DNA from: Anaerovoracaceae bacterium
GTDB taxonomy: Bacteria; Bacillota; Clostridia; Peptostreptococcales; Anaerovoracaceae
Direction: 5' to 3'
Assembly (NCBI GenBank): GCA_963648085.1
Contig: CAVJDC010000001.1
Coordinates: forward strand, 1-53,524
Length of the DNA stretch: 53,524 nt
Part shown: positions 27,196 through 34,378 of the stretch, piece after piece
Layout of the letters: every line of letters starts with the position of its first letter
Numbering within the stretch: position 1 is the stretch's first letter
Notes under the pieces: generated by a model
The model's database searches: none
What the model was told of the DNA's origin: nothing
Seen by the model: the letters and a program-made list of their open reading frames with translations, nothing else
Made by a program: the position numbers and the translations under genes

Positions 27196-27411
27196 CATCT
27201 TGACGAGTGACACATCACATATCATCTTGACGAGTGATATATCACATATCATCTTGATGCGTGACATATCACATACCATCTTGACGCGTGACATATCACA
27301 TGCCATCTTGACGCGTGACATATCACATACCATCTTGACGCGTGACATATCACATACCATCTTGACGCGTGATATATCACATATCATCTTGACGAGTGAC
27401 ACGCCACATAT
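27196..27411. repeat. Intergenic tandem repeat, 27-bp unit x 8 (catcttgacgcgtgacatatcacatac), 120 bp upstream of the 27532 gene
   Basis: Eight head-to-tail copies with an exact 27-bp period. Each has TTGA(C/T)G and a 12-bp near-palindrome GTGACATATCAC, which is the perfect palindrome GTGATATATCAC in copies 2 and 7. There are no spacers between copies. Confidence 0.95.
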
Positions 27412-27531
27412 CGTTTTGCCAAGCAGATTGTCATATGAAAAAGACATGCAGCACAGAAGGATAAATGCAAAAGCTAGAATTTAGCTTTTGAAAAATGAAG
27501 GTTATTAGAAGATTGCGAAAGGAGAAATGAT

Positions 27532-28521
27532 TTGAGAGCAAAAAAGATACTCAGTCTGTTACTCGTACTTGCAATGATGCTCACTCTTTCGAGCACTATG
27601 GCTTTTGCCAGCACAGGCGCCACAATCGCTGCTGAGTCAGTATCTGCCGCAGCAGATGCCGAAACAGTTCAGGTGCCTATCAAGCTTACTGCCGCTGACA
27701 GCGGGGTAGCGACGATGAACCTTGCAATTACGCTTACAGGCGCAAGCTTTACAATGGACAATACAAATACCACAGCAACTGCAGACAGCGCACTTACGGG
27801 TCTGTGCAGCTCAAATGTTGTTGATGGCACACTCTACATCGCTTATGCTGCGATAGAGAACACAACAGCTCCTGCTACACTCGTGACTTTGACTTTACCA
27901 GCTCCTGCAGCAGGTACACAGTACACTGTCAATGTTGCTAAGGGATCTGCAAATGGGACACCGACTATAAGCTATTTTGCAGATAATGCTTTCACTCAGA
28001 TCGATGAAGTTACATTTACAAGCGGAATCGTATCTAAGGAGGAAGCCACAGAGCCTGAGACAGGATTTGTAGGTACACTTATAGAACCTGTCGCAGATTA
28101 CTTTACAACAGCAGGCATCACTACATCATTTGTAAACGGAAACTCTTACTCAGCAGGAGATACCTTCACAGTAGCATGTGAAAATCCTTGCTTAGTAGCT
28201 ATCTCGACAGACAATGGAACTTCGTGGATTTCGCTTGCAGCTGCAGAGACGGAGACCGCAAATACATACCTCTTTGCATTACCTGCAGATCTGAACGGAG
28301 CATTCCAGGTAGAGATGGCGATGAAGGGTGATCTCAATTACGACGGCGTGGTTAAAGTAACTGACGTTTCTCGACTTCAGAAAATCAATATAAAGGCTCT
28401 TGAGATGCCAGTTGGGTTTGACGCGCTGGCTTCAGATTTTAACGCAGACGGTACAATTGCTGTTAGCGACTGTAGTATTCTGATGAAAATCAATATAAAA
28501 GCAGAAGCCGCAGCTTGGTAA
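27532..28521 (+). CDS. Small secreted cohesin-like + spacer + dockerin protein
   Basis: TTG start with SD aaaggagaaa 5 nt upstream. Signal peptide: MRAKKILSLLLVLAMMLTLSSTMAFA. Cohesin-like block: ETVQVPIKLTAADSGVATMNLAITL...TLYIAYAAIENTTAPATLVTLTL. Dockerin loops: DLNYDGVVKVTD and DFNADGTIAVSD. Confidence 0.85.
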   Translation: MRAKKILSLLLVLAMMLTLSSTMAFASTGATIAAESVSAAADAETVQVPIKLTAADSGVATMNLAITLTGASFTMDNTNTTATADSALTGLCSSNVVDGTLYIAYAAIENTTAPATLVTLTLPAPAAGTQYTVNVAKGSANGTPTISYFADNAFTQIDEVTFTSGIVSKEEATEPETGFVGTLIEPVADYFTTAGITTSFVNGNSYSAGDTFTVACENPCLVAISTDNGTSWISLAAAETETANTYLFALPADLNGAFQVEMAMKGDLNYDGVVKVTDVSRLQKINIKALEMPVGFDALASDFNADGTIAVSDCSILMKINIKAEAAAW

Positions 28522-28559
28522 AATTGGTAATTTTTTGAGTTAAAAAAGGTAAAAATATT

Positions 28560-28946
28560 ATGAAAAGAAAATTTATTTCTATAGTTCTATGTTTAGCAAT
28601 GATGATAACTGCTATGGCTGTGCCATCATACGCTGCTGCAGACCAAGACCCAGTAGATGGTTTAGGACTTCAGCTTCTTAGAACAGATGAAAATTCCAAC
28701 GTTATACCCAACGATACTATACTAGTAAATGACACAGAAGATACCCCTTTCTATGCTTCTATGATTATGGATGAAACGTGGCATATATCAGGCGGTCAAG
28801 GTTATATTACAGAAGAACCAGCAGGTTTCAAATATGAACTTGAAAATGCCATGAAAGGTAAAAAATCTTCGATAGACTACAACAAAAATTATGGATCTGC
28901 TGACAAAAATGATAAATTTGAAGATGGTGTAGGTGTTTGGGTATGA
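28560..28946 (+). CDS. Signal peptide + N-terminal part of a cohesin-like domain, ended by an in-frame TGA; same frame as the next ORF
   Basis: 128 codons. Signal peptide: MKRKFISIVLCLAMMITAMAVPSYAAA. The ORF ends ...GVGVWV-TGA at 28944-28946, and the next ORF continues in the identical frame with no other stop between them. Confidence 0.7.
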   Translation: MKRKFISIVLCLAMMITAMAVPSYAAADQDPVDGLGLQLLRTDENSNVIPNDTILVNDTEDTPFYASMIMDETWHISGGQGYITEEPAGFKYELENAMKGKKSSIDYNKNYGSADKNDKFEDGVGVWV

Positions 28947-28997
28947 TACGAAAATATTGGTGCAGATGTTGAAAACGAAAAAGAATTAATACTTTTC

Positions 28998-31900
28998 GTG
29001 TGCCACGTTCCTGCAGGAACACCTTCTGGTCAGTATTCGCTTACTATTTTCGCCAATGAAATTTTAAACAAGGATTCAGAATTAGTAGGAGCAACTGATT
29101 CTACTCTTACAATCAACGTAGTCAACACTGACGAAAAGACTATCACAGTAAATGGTACAGAAAAGAACATCACTCAGCTTCTCGCAAGTGATTCTGCCGA
29201 AGCTCTTGCTGAAGATGCTTCATTCGTAAAGGGTGGAAATACTACTGTAAAAGTTGCTGCAGGTGAAAAGGTTGTACCTTTCTCTGCTCTTGGTTTAGCA
29301 GGCGACGAGTGCTGCATCTCTGTAAATGGAGGAGAAATCAACTACTCTGCTGCAGATATGAATAACATGTTCGTTTATATCGATGACACTGGCGCAGTTC
29401 TTACAGGTCACAAGGGTGCAGCAGCAGGCGGCTTCCTGTTCTGGAAGGGCGTAACTTCAATCGATGACAAAGATCATGCTTATACGAATGCAGTTACAAC
29501 TCCAGCTACTTGCGGTGTAGATGGTAAGATAGAATATCACTGCGCAAACAAGATTAGCGTAACTAGCAAGGCTGGCGAAGCATGTGACGCAGTAAATGCT
29601 GCTATGACTGAAACAATCAGCAAGGAAACAGTTGCTCATTCTTATGGCCAGTTCACTATTGATAAAGCAGCTACTTGCTCAGAGGCTGGTTCTAAGTCTA
29701 GAAGCTGTACACTTTGCGGAAACTTAGATACAGTAGAAATCCCAGCTACAGGCAATCACACTTGGGTGGCTGACGGTGAACCAGAAGTTACAGCTGATGG
29801 TACTGTACAGCACCAGAAGTGCGAAGTATGCGGCACACAAGGTCCAGACAAGACAACTGGAAATAACAAGTTCTATCTCACAGCTACAAAGATTTATACA
29901 GTTGAAAATAAGGGTACTGACAGTGCTGCAGCAGCAGCTGACCAGACTTGTGCAGCAAATAAGCATGAGAATGGTGACTATGGTATCGAATCTGGCAAGT
30001 TAGTAGACGTAGAATTCCGTCTCCAGACTACTTCTGATGCAAGCTTCTTACAGGGTCTCGATTCTACTATCAAATATGATAAGGAAAATCTCCAGCTCAT
30101 AAGCGTTTCATATGACAAGGGCCTCACAAATAAGGTTACTGTTAAGAATGATGAAGCAGCTGGCACATACAGAATCCAGACTTTGGATGCAGAATATGCA
30201 TTTGATGGTACTGACGATTATCTCCTCGCTACACTTACATTCATGCTGAAGAATGATGACGTAGCTAGTGGTACTTGCCTCCCTGTAGATTTTGAAGAGG
30301 GAAGCGTAAACCAGAACTGCATGTACAGTGATGGTAGCTCAAACTATCCAGTAACTGAAGGTATCGGATTCACAAATGTTACTGAATATACAGTAACTTG
30401 GGACTGGAACCACCAGCCACTAGTAGCTGGCGAAGAAGATCCAGAAGATCAGGTTGATTCTTATGCTGTAGGCAAGAAAATTACTAAGCCAACTAATCCT
30501 ACAAGAACAGGCTTCGAATTCAAGGGTTGGGATGCAAATGATGATGGCGTAGTAGATGCTTCTGATGAAATCGCAGCTGAAATGCCAGCTAAGGATCTCA
30601 CATACAAGGCTATCTGGGAAGCTAAGACTTATGACGTAGTATTCAACCACGGTAACCACGGTACACTTGCAGGTGAAGATGCTAATGGTAAGGTAACTGT
30701 TAAAACTGAATATGGTCAGGAACCAACAGCTCCAGAAGTAACTCCAGCAGCTGGTTATGAATTCGCAGGTTGGAATCCAGAAATCGCAGAAGTTGTTGGC
30801 GAAAATCCTACTCTCGAATATACAGCAACTTATAATGCTCTTCCACAGTCTTTGAAGATCAACTTCACATCTGATGATGCTATAAAACTTCCTGCAAATA
30901 TCGATAAGGAAGTTGCTACCGACGCAGCCTTTGAAGAAGCTATTCCAGCAATCGAAGGTTATACAGCTAAGATCGTTGCAGTTGATCCTGAAAATGCTGG
31001 AATCACAGTTGATGATGCTGCTGATACAGCAGTAGCAGGCACTATGATAGCAGGCGGAATCACAGTTACTGTAAAGTATAGTCCAAATCAGGTTGATATC
31101 ACATTCAACGAGGGCGACCACGGTACTATCGCTGATGCTGACGACAACGGAAACAAAGTAGTTCCTACAGACTACAACAAGACTCCAGAAGCTCCAGCAG
31201 TAACTCCAGATGAGGGTTATGAATTCACAGGTTGGAATCCAGAAATCAACCCAGCAACTGGTGAAACTACTTATACTGCACAGTACAAGGCTATAGCATA
31301 TGATCTCGTTATCAAGCATGCAGCTGCAGATGATTCAGAAGTTCCAGCTGATTATACTGCAAAGGTAGACTTCGGCTCAGAAATCAGCTACGCTATCCCA
31401 GAAAAGACTGGTTACACAGCTAAGATTACTGCTGCTACAGACGGCGCTGGAATCACAGTTGATGAAAATAATGATACAGAAGTAGCAGGCATTATGCCAG
31501 CTAAGAATGTAGAAGTTACAGTAACATACACTCCTGTAAGCTACGATATCACATTTAAGCCAGGCGACCACGGTACTATCGATGGTGCTGGCGCTGATGG
31601 AAACAAAGTAGTTCCTACAGACTACAGCAAGACTCCAGAAGATCCAGCAGTAAATCCAAATACTGGTTATGAATTTGACGGTTGGACTCCAGAAGTAGTT
31701 CCAGCAACTGGTGAAACTACTTATACAGCTACTTATGTTGTAGCAGGCGCTAAGAATATCGTAGTAGAAGATTACATGTATGCAACTACAGACATGTACA
31801 TGATCAGAATCCCTAAGATGGGTGAAGGTTATGACGTTTCTTATGACGGCAACAAAATGTTCATCTCAGAAGATGAAAACTACAAGATCGATGGCAAGTC

Positions 31901-32231
31901 AGTATTTGTATATCTGATCCCTAAGACAGACTTTGATGATCACGGAATCGACTATGTAATCAGCAAGCTTTCTGCTGCAGATGGTTCTGCATGCATCAAG
32001 ATCGACTACAACAAGGATACAGATGAAAATAAGAATGGCGTAATCGATAACAACGATGCTACTCAGGTTTACCAGCTCCTCATCTCTCACGGTGACTGCT
32101 ACACTAACGGCCAGGTTAGCATAGAAAGACGTCTCGAAAGTGATACAAATACTGCTACAGCTGACGCTACTTACAGAGGAAGCCTCAAGGATGTAGAAGA
32201 TATCATCGCTGCTCGTGGTACTGCTTACTAA
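28998..32231 (+). CDS. Large surface protein body: end of first cohesin-like domain, Cys-rich repeats, second cohesin-like domain, Listeria-Bacteroides-type repeats, conserved spacer, atypical dockerin-like C-terminus. Probably the 3' part of one 28560-32231 gene
   Basis: The ORF-track GTG start has no SD and no signal peptide. Second cohesin-like block: KLVDVEFRLQTTSDASFLQGLDSTIKYDKENLQLISV...YLLATLTFMLKND. Four repeats carry (T/A/E)G(F/Y)EF(K/A/T/D)GW. Ca-loop-like segment: DENKNGVIDNND. Confidence 0.8.
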   Translation: MCHVPAGTPSGQYSLTIFANEILNKDSELVGATDSTLTINVVNTDEKTITVNGTEKNITQLLASDSAEALAEDASFVKGGNTTVKVAAGEKVVPFSALGLAGDECCISVNGGEINYSAADMNNMFVYIDDTGAVLTGHKGAAAGGFLFWKGVTSIDDKDHAYTNAVTTPATCGVDGKIEYHCANKISVTSKAGEACDAVNAAMTETISKETVAHSYGQFTIDKAATCSEAGSKSRSCTLCGNLDTVEIPATGNHTWVADGEPEVTADGTVQHQKCEVCGTQGPDKTTGNNKFYLTATKIYTVENKGTDSAAAAADQTCAANKHENGDYGIESGKLVDVEFRLQTTSDASFLQGLDSTIKYDKENLQLISVSYDKGLTNKVTVKNDEAAGTYRIQTLDAEYAFDGTDDYLLATLTFMLKNDDVASGTCLPVDFEEGSVNQNCMYSDGSSNYPVTEGIGFTNVTEYTVTWDWNHQPLVAGEEDPEDQVDSYAVGKKITKPTNPTRTGFEFKGWDANDDGVVDASDEIAAEMPAKDLTYKAIWEAKTYDVVFNHGNHGTLAGEDANGKVTVKTEYGQEPTAPEVTPAAGYEFAGWNPEIAEVVGENPTLEYTATYNALPQSLKINFTSDDAIKLPANIDKEVATDAAFEEAIPAIEGYTAKIVAVDPENAGITVDDAADTAVAGTMIAGGITVTVKYSPNQVDITFNEGDHGTIADADDNGNKVVPTDYNKTPEAPAVTPDEGYEFTGWNPEINPATGETTYTAQYKAIAYDLVIKHAAADDSEVPADYTAKVDFGSEISYAIPEKTGYTAKITAATDGAGITVDENNDTEVAGIMPAKNVEVTVTYTPVSYDITFKPGDHGTIDGAGADGNKVVPTDYSKTPEDPAVNPNTGYEFDGWTPEVVPATGETTYTATYVVAGAKNIVVEDYMYATTDMYMIRIPKMGEGYDVSYDGNKMFISEDENYKIDGKSVFVYLIPKTDFDDHGIDYVISKLSAADGSACIKIDYNKDTDENKNGVIDNNDATQVYQLLISHGDCYTNGQVSIERRLESDTNTATADATYRGSLKDVEDIIAARGTAY

Positions 32232-32409
32232 TATCAAGAGCTTGAGACTCTAAGGATAATGATTATATATTTATCGTAATTATCCTGAAATATTTTAAAA
32301 CAAATCCTCTACTTAGATTAAGTTTTTCACGCATGTATTGAGAGCTATTTCCTTTTAAGTTAATAGCTTCTGACGCTTAAAATAAGGACGGATTAGAAAA
32401 TGCAATGTT

Positions 32410-32435
32410 CGCCGGGTGCCTGCGGGTGCCCGGCG
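32410..32435 (+). terminator. GC-rich hairpin, possible terminator of the 27532-32231 unit
   Basis: cgccgggtgcc / gggtgcccggcg forms an 11-bp stem with two G-U pairs and a 4-nt loop. A T-run (tatttt) begins 8 nt downstream, so the geometry is imperfect. Confidence 0.4.
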
Positions 32436-32573
32436 GATAGGTATTTTCATCAGAAAGAGCATGCCATGTGAAAAATGTGGCGTGCGCTTTGTGTTGAAAA
32501 TAGAAAAATGCGACACAGCTAAATATTTAGGCCAGATGGAGTGTGAAAAAGGAGTGCGAAAAAGGAGGTTTCG

Positions 32574-34211
32574 GTGTTTAGGTTGAGAAAAATGATTTCA
32601 ATCGTGCTGATTTTCAGCATGGTCTTGTGTGTGAATATACCTATATTTTCACAGGCGGCAGAAAAGGCTGAGTATGTCATTGATGTAGAGCTTGATGTAA
32701 ATGGCAGCATGCCAAAGAGCTTGAAGGTCGGTGATACTCTAAATGTCAAGGTATATCTGAGCCACAATGGCGAAAATCCTGAGGAAGAATTCTACAATAT
32801 CTGGGGAATCGATTATATCATGGATCTAGGCAGTGGCTTTAAGTACAATGAAGATCTCAAGGGTACACCTCTTATCACGGAAAATGGAGGTACCGTCAGA
32901 TATCTCAAGCCGTCTCTTATTAAATGGCAAAATGGCGCAGGCATATATGGGCTTCAATCAACTGAAGCAGTCTACATGGACATTACGATGAAAGGTATCG
33001 ACGTATATCCAGAAAATGGAAGAATTGAGCTCTTCTCATTTTCCTGTGATGTGGAATCGACAGACAGCCTGGAGATAACGTCTGTCTTTGGTGAGGTTTA
33101 TGAAGATAGAGAAATAATCAAGGTAGATGGAAAAAACCAGTTCAAAGAGGATTATACGCTTGAAAATGGCAGAGTGAGCGCAGACAGCTACGATTTTTCT
33201 ATAAAGAAGGCTGATGATTCAAGCAAGACAGATGGCAAGACCGACGGCAAGACCGACGGCAGCGGCACTGTCGTAAAGCCTGAAGACGGGTCTGGCAACG
33301 GCTCGGGAGATGGATCAGGCAACGGGTCTGGCAACGGCTCGGGAGATGGATCAGGCAACGGCTCAGGCAACGGCTCCGGAGATGAGAATGGAAACGGCTC
33401 TGGCGATGGTTCTGGCGATGAGAATGGAAACGGCTCCGGAGATGGCTCTGGCGATGAGAATGGCAATGGCAATACTGACGGCACAAAGCCCGCACTAAAC
33501 AAGACAGATCACAAGGCATATCTCAGTGGTTATGATTCTGATGGTGACGGAGTGGCTGAGCTTGTGAAGCCGCTTGGACTTATCACAAGAGCTGAAGTAG
33601 CAACTATGCTTTACAGACTTCTTGATGACAGCTCTGCTGCGAAGTATAAGACATCGTCAAATAGCTTTTCAGACGTACCTGCTAATGCATGGTACTGTGA
33701 GGCTGTCTCCACACTTAGCAATGCAGGTGTCATCTCGGGATACAAGGATGGCACATTCCGCCCAAATGGAAAGATTACGAGAGCTGAAGTAGCAAAGATG
33801 CTTTATTGTCTGCTCGACGATGCCACTATCAGTGCATCATCGTCAAACAGTGCATCATCGTCAAACAGTGCATCATCGTCAAGCTCGACTGCTGGCAGAT
33901 TTAGCGATGTAAGCTCCGAATGGTGGTACTTCGGATATGTATCTACTCTCTCAAATGCCGGAATCATAAATGGATATACAGACGGCACATTCAGACCAAA
34001 TGGTCAGATAAAGCGTGCAGAAGCTGTCTCTATGATAAATAAACTACTTGGACGAGGCACCATAACAGCTTCAGGTATGCTTAGCAGCATGAAGAACTTC
34101 ACAGACAACAGTGATACTGCACAATGGTACTATGCTGCAGTTCAGGAAGCAGCAAATGGTCACACTTACGAGATGAATGGCGCTTCTGAGCATTGGATAG
34201 CACTGAGTTAA
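32574..34211 (+). CDS. SLH-anchored surface protein with N-terminal cohesin-like domain and G/S/N/D-rich linker
   Basis: GTG start with SD aaggagg 5 nt upstream. Signal peptide: ...VNIPIFSQAAEK. The N-terminal beta-rich domain (VGDTLNVKVYLSHNG...RIELFSFSCDV) is cohesin-like, but this call is less certain. SLH repeats: FSDVPANAWYCEAVSTLSNAGVISGYKDGTFRPNGKITRAEVAKML and FSDVSSEWWYFGYVSTLSNAGIINGYTDGTFRPNG, plus a degenerate first repeat. Confidence 0.85.
   Translation: MFRLRKMISIVLIFSMVLCVNIPIFSQAAEKAEYVIDVELDVNGSMPKSLKVGDTLNVKVYLSHNGENPEEEFYNIWGIDYIMDLGSGFKYNEDLKGTPLITENGGTVRYLKPSLIKWQNGAGIYGLQSTEAVYMDITMKGIDVYPENGRIELFSFSCDVESTDSLEITSVFGEVYEDREIIKVDGKNQFKEDYTLENGRVSADSYDFSIKKADDSSKTDGKTDGKTDGSGTVVKPEDGSGNGSGDGSGNGSGNGSGDGSGNGSGNGSGDENGNGSGDGSGDENGNGSGDGSGDENGNGNTDGTKPALNKTDHKAYLSGYDSDGDGVAELVKPLGLITRAEVATMLYRLLDDSSAAKYKTSSNSFSDVPANAWYCEAVSTLSNAGVISGYKDGTFRPNGKITRAEVAKMLYCLLDDATISASSSNSASSSNSASSSSSTAGRFSDVSSEWWYFGYVSTLSNAGIINGYTDGTFRPNGQIKRAEAVSMINKLLGRGTITASGMLSSMKNFTDNSDTAQWYYAAVQEAANGHTYEMNGASEHWIALS
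33226..33472 (+). repeat. In-frame low-complexity tandem repeats encoding (KTDG)3 and (GSGNGSGD / GSGDENGN)n linker
   Basis: 12-bp gacggcaagacc units are followed by ~24-48-bp ggctcgggagatggatcaggcaac-type units. The antisense ORFs at 33188-33519 are artefacts of this array. Confidence 0.9.
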
Positions 34212-34295
34212 CATTGGATAGAACTGAGTCAACGTTGAATAGCACTGAGTTAACATTGGATAGAACTGAGTCAACGTTGAATAGCACTGGGTTAA
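34191..34295. repeat. Tandem repeat, 21-bp unit x 5 (42-bp higher-order unit), starting inside the last 7 codons of the 32574 gene
   Basis: Units: cattggatagcactgagttaa (34191-34211, encoding HWIALS-stop), cattggatagaactgagtcaa, cgttgaatagcactgagttaa, cattggatagaactgagtcaa, cgttgaatagcactgggttaa. Confidence 0.92.
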
Positions 34296-34378
34296 GCATA
34301 GTATCAGAGCACATATGATTTCTGGAAGATTATATTTAGGAAGATTGTGCAAAATATCGGATGAAAGGAGTTTTATCG

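Noticed and set aside
27187-27484. ORFs on both strands across the 27-bp array (86 and 94 aa), and the possibility that the array is a CRISPR locus
   Set aside because: The ORFs exist only because 27 bp is a multiple of three, and they have no SD. The repeats are directly adjacent without unique spacers, and no cas genes are present, so this is not CRISPR.
28944-28999. Selenocysteine insertion at the in-frame TGA (a weak hairpin acgaaaa/ttttcgt lies 30 nt downstream)
   Set aside because: The hairpin is A/T-rich, too far from the UGA, and lacks bacterial SECIS features. A Sec residue inside a structural beta-strand of a secreted scaffold domain has no rationale. No sel genes are in view.
30420-31319. 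299-aa antisense ORF inside the 28998-32231 gene
   Set aside because: It is Cys/Ser/Ile-rich nonsense translation opposite a strongly supported coding region with recognisable repeats. It has no start context.
33188-33519. Antisense and alternative-frame ORFs across the GSGNGSGD linker. The same applies to 42214-43083, 42261-42620, 51490-52242 and 51753-52031 in the giant gene
   Set aside because: All are reading-frame echoes of in-frame low-complexity coding repeats.
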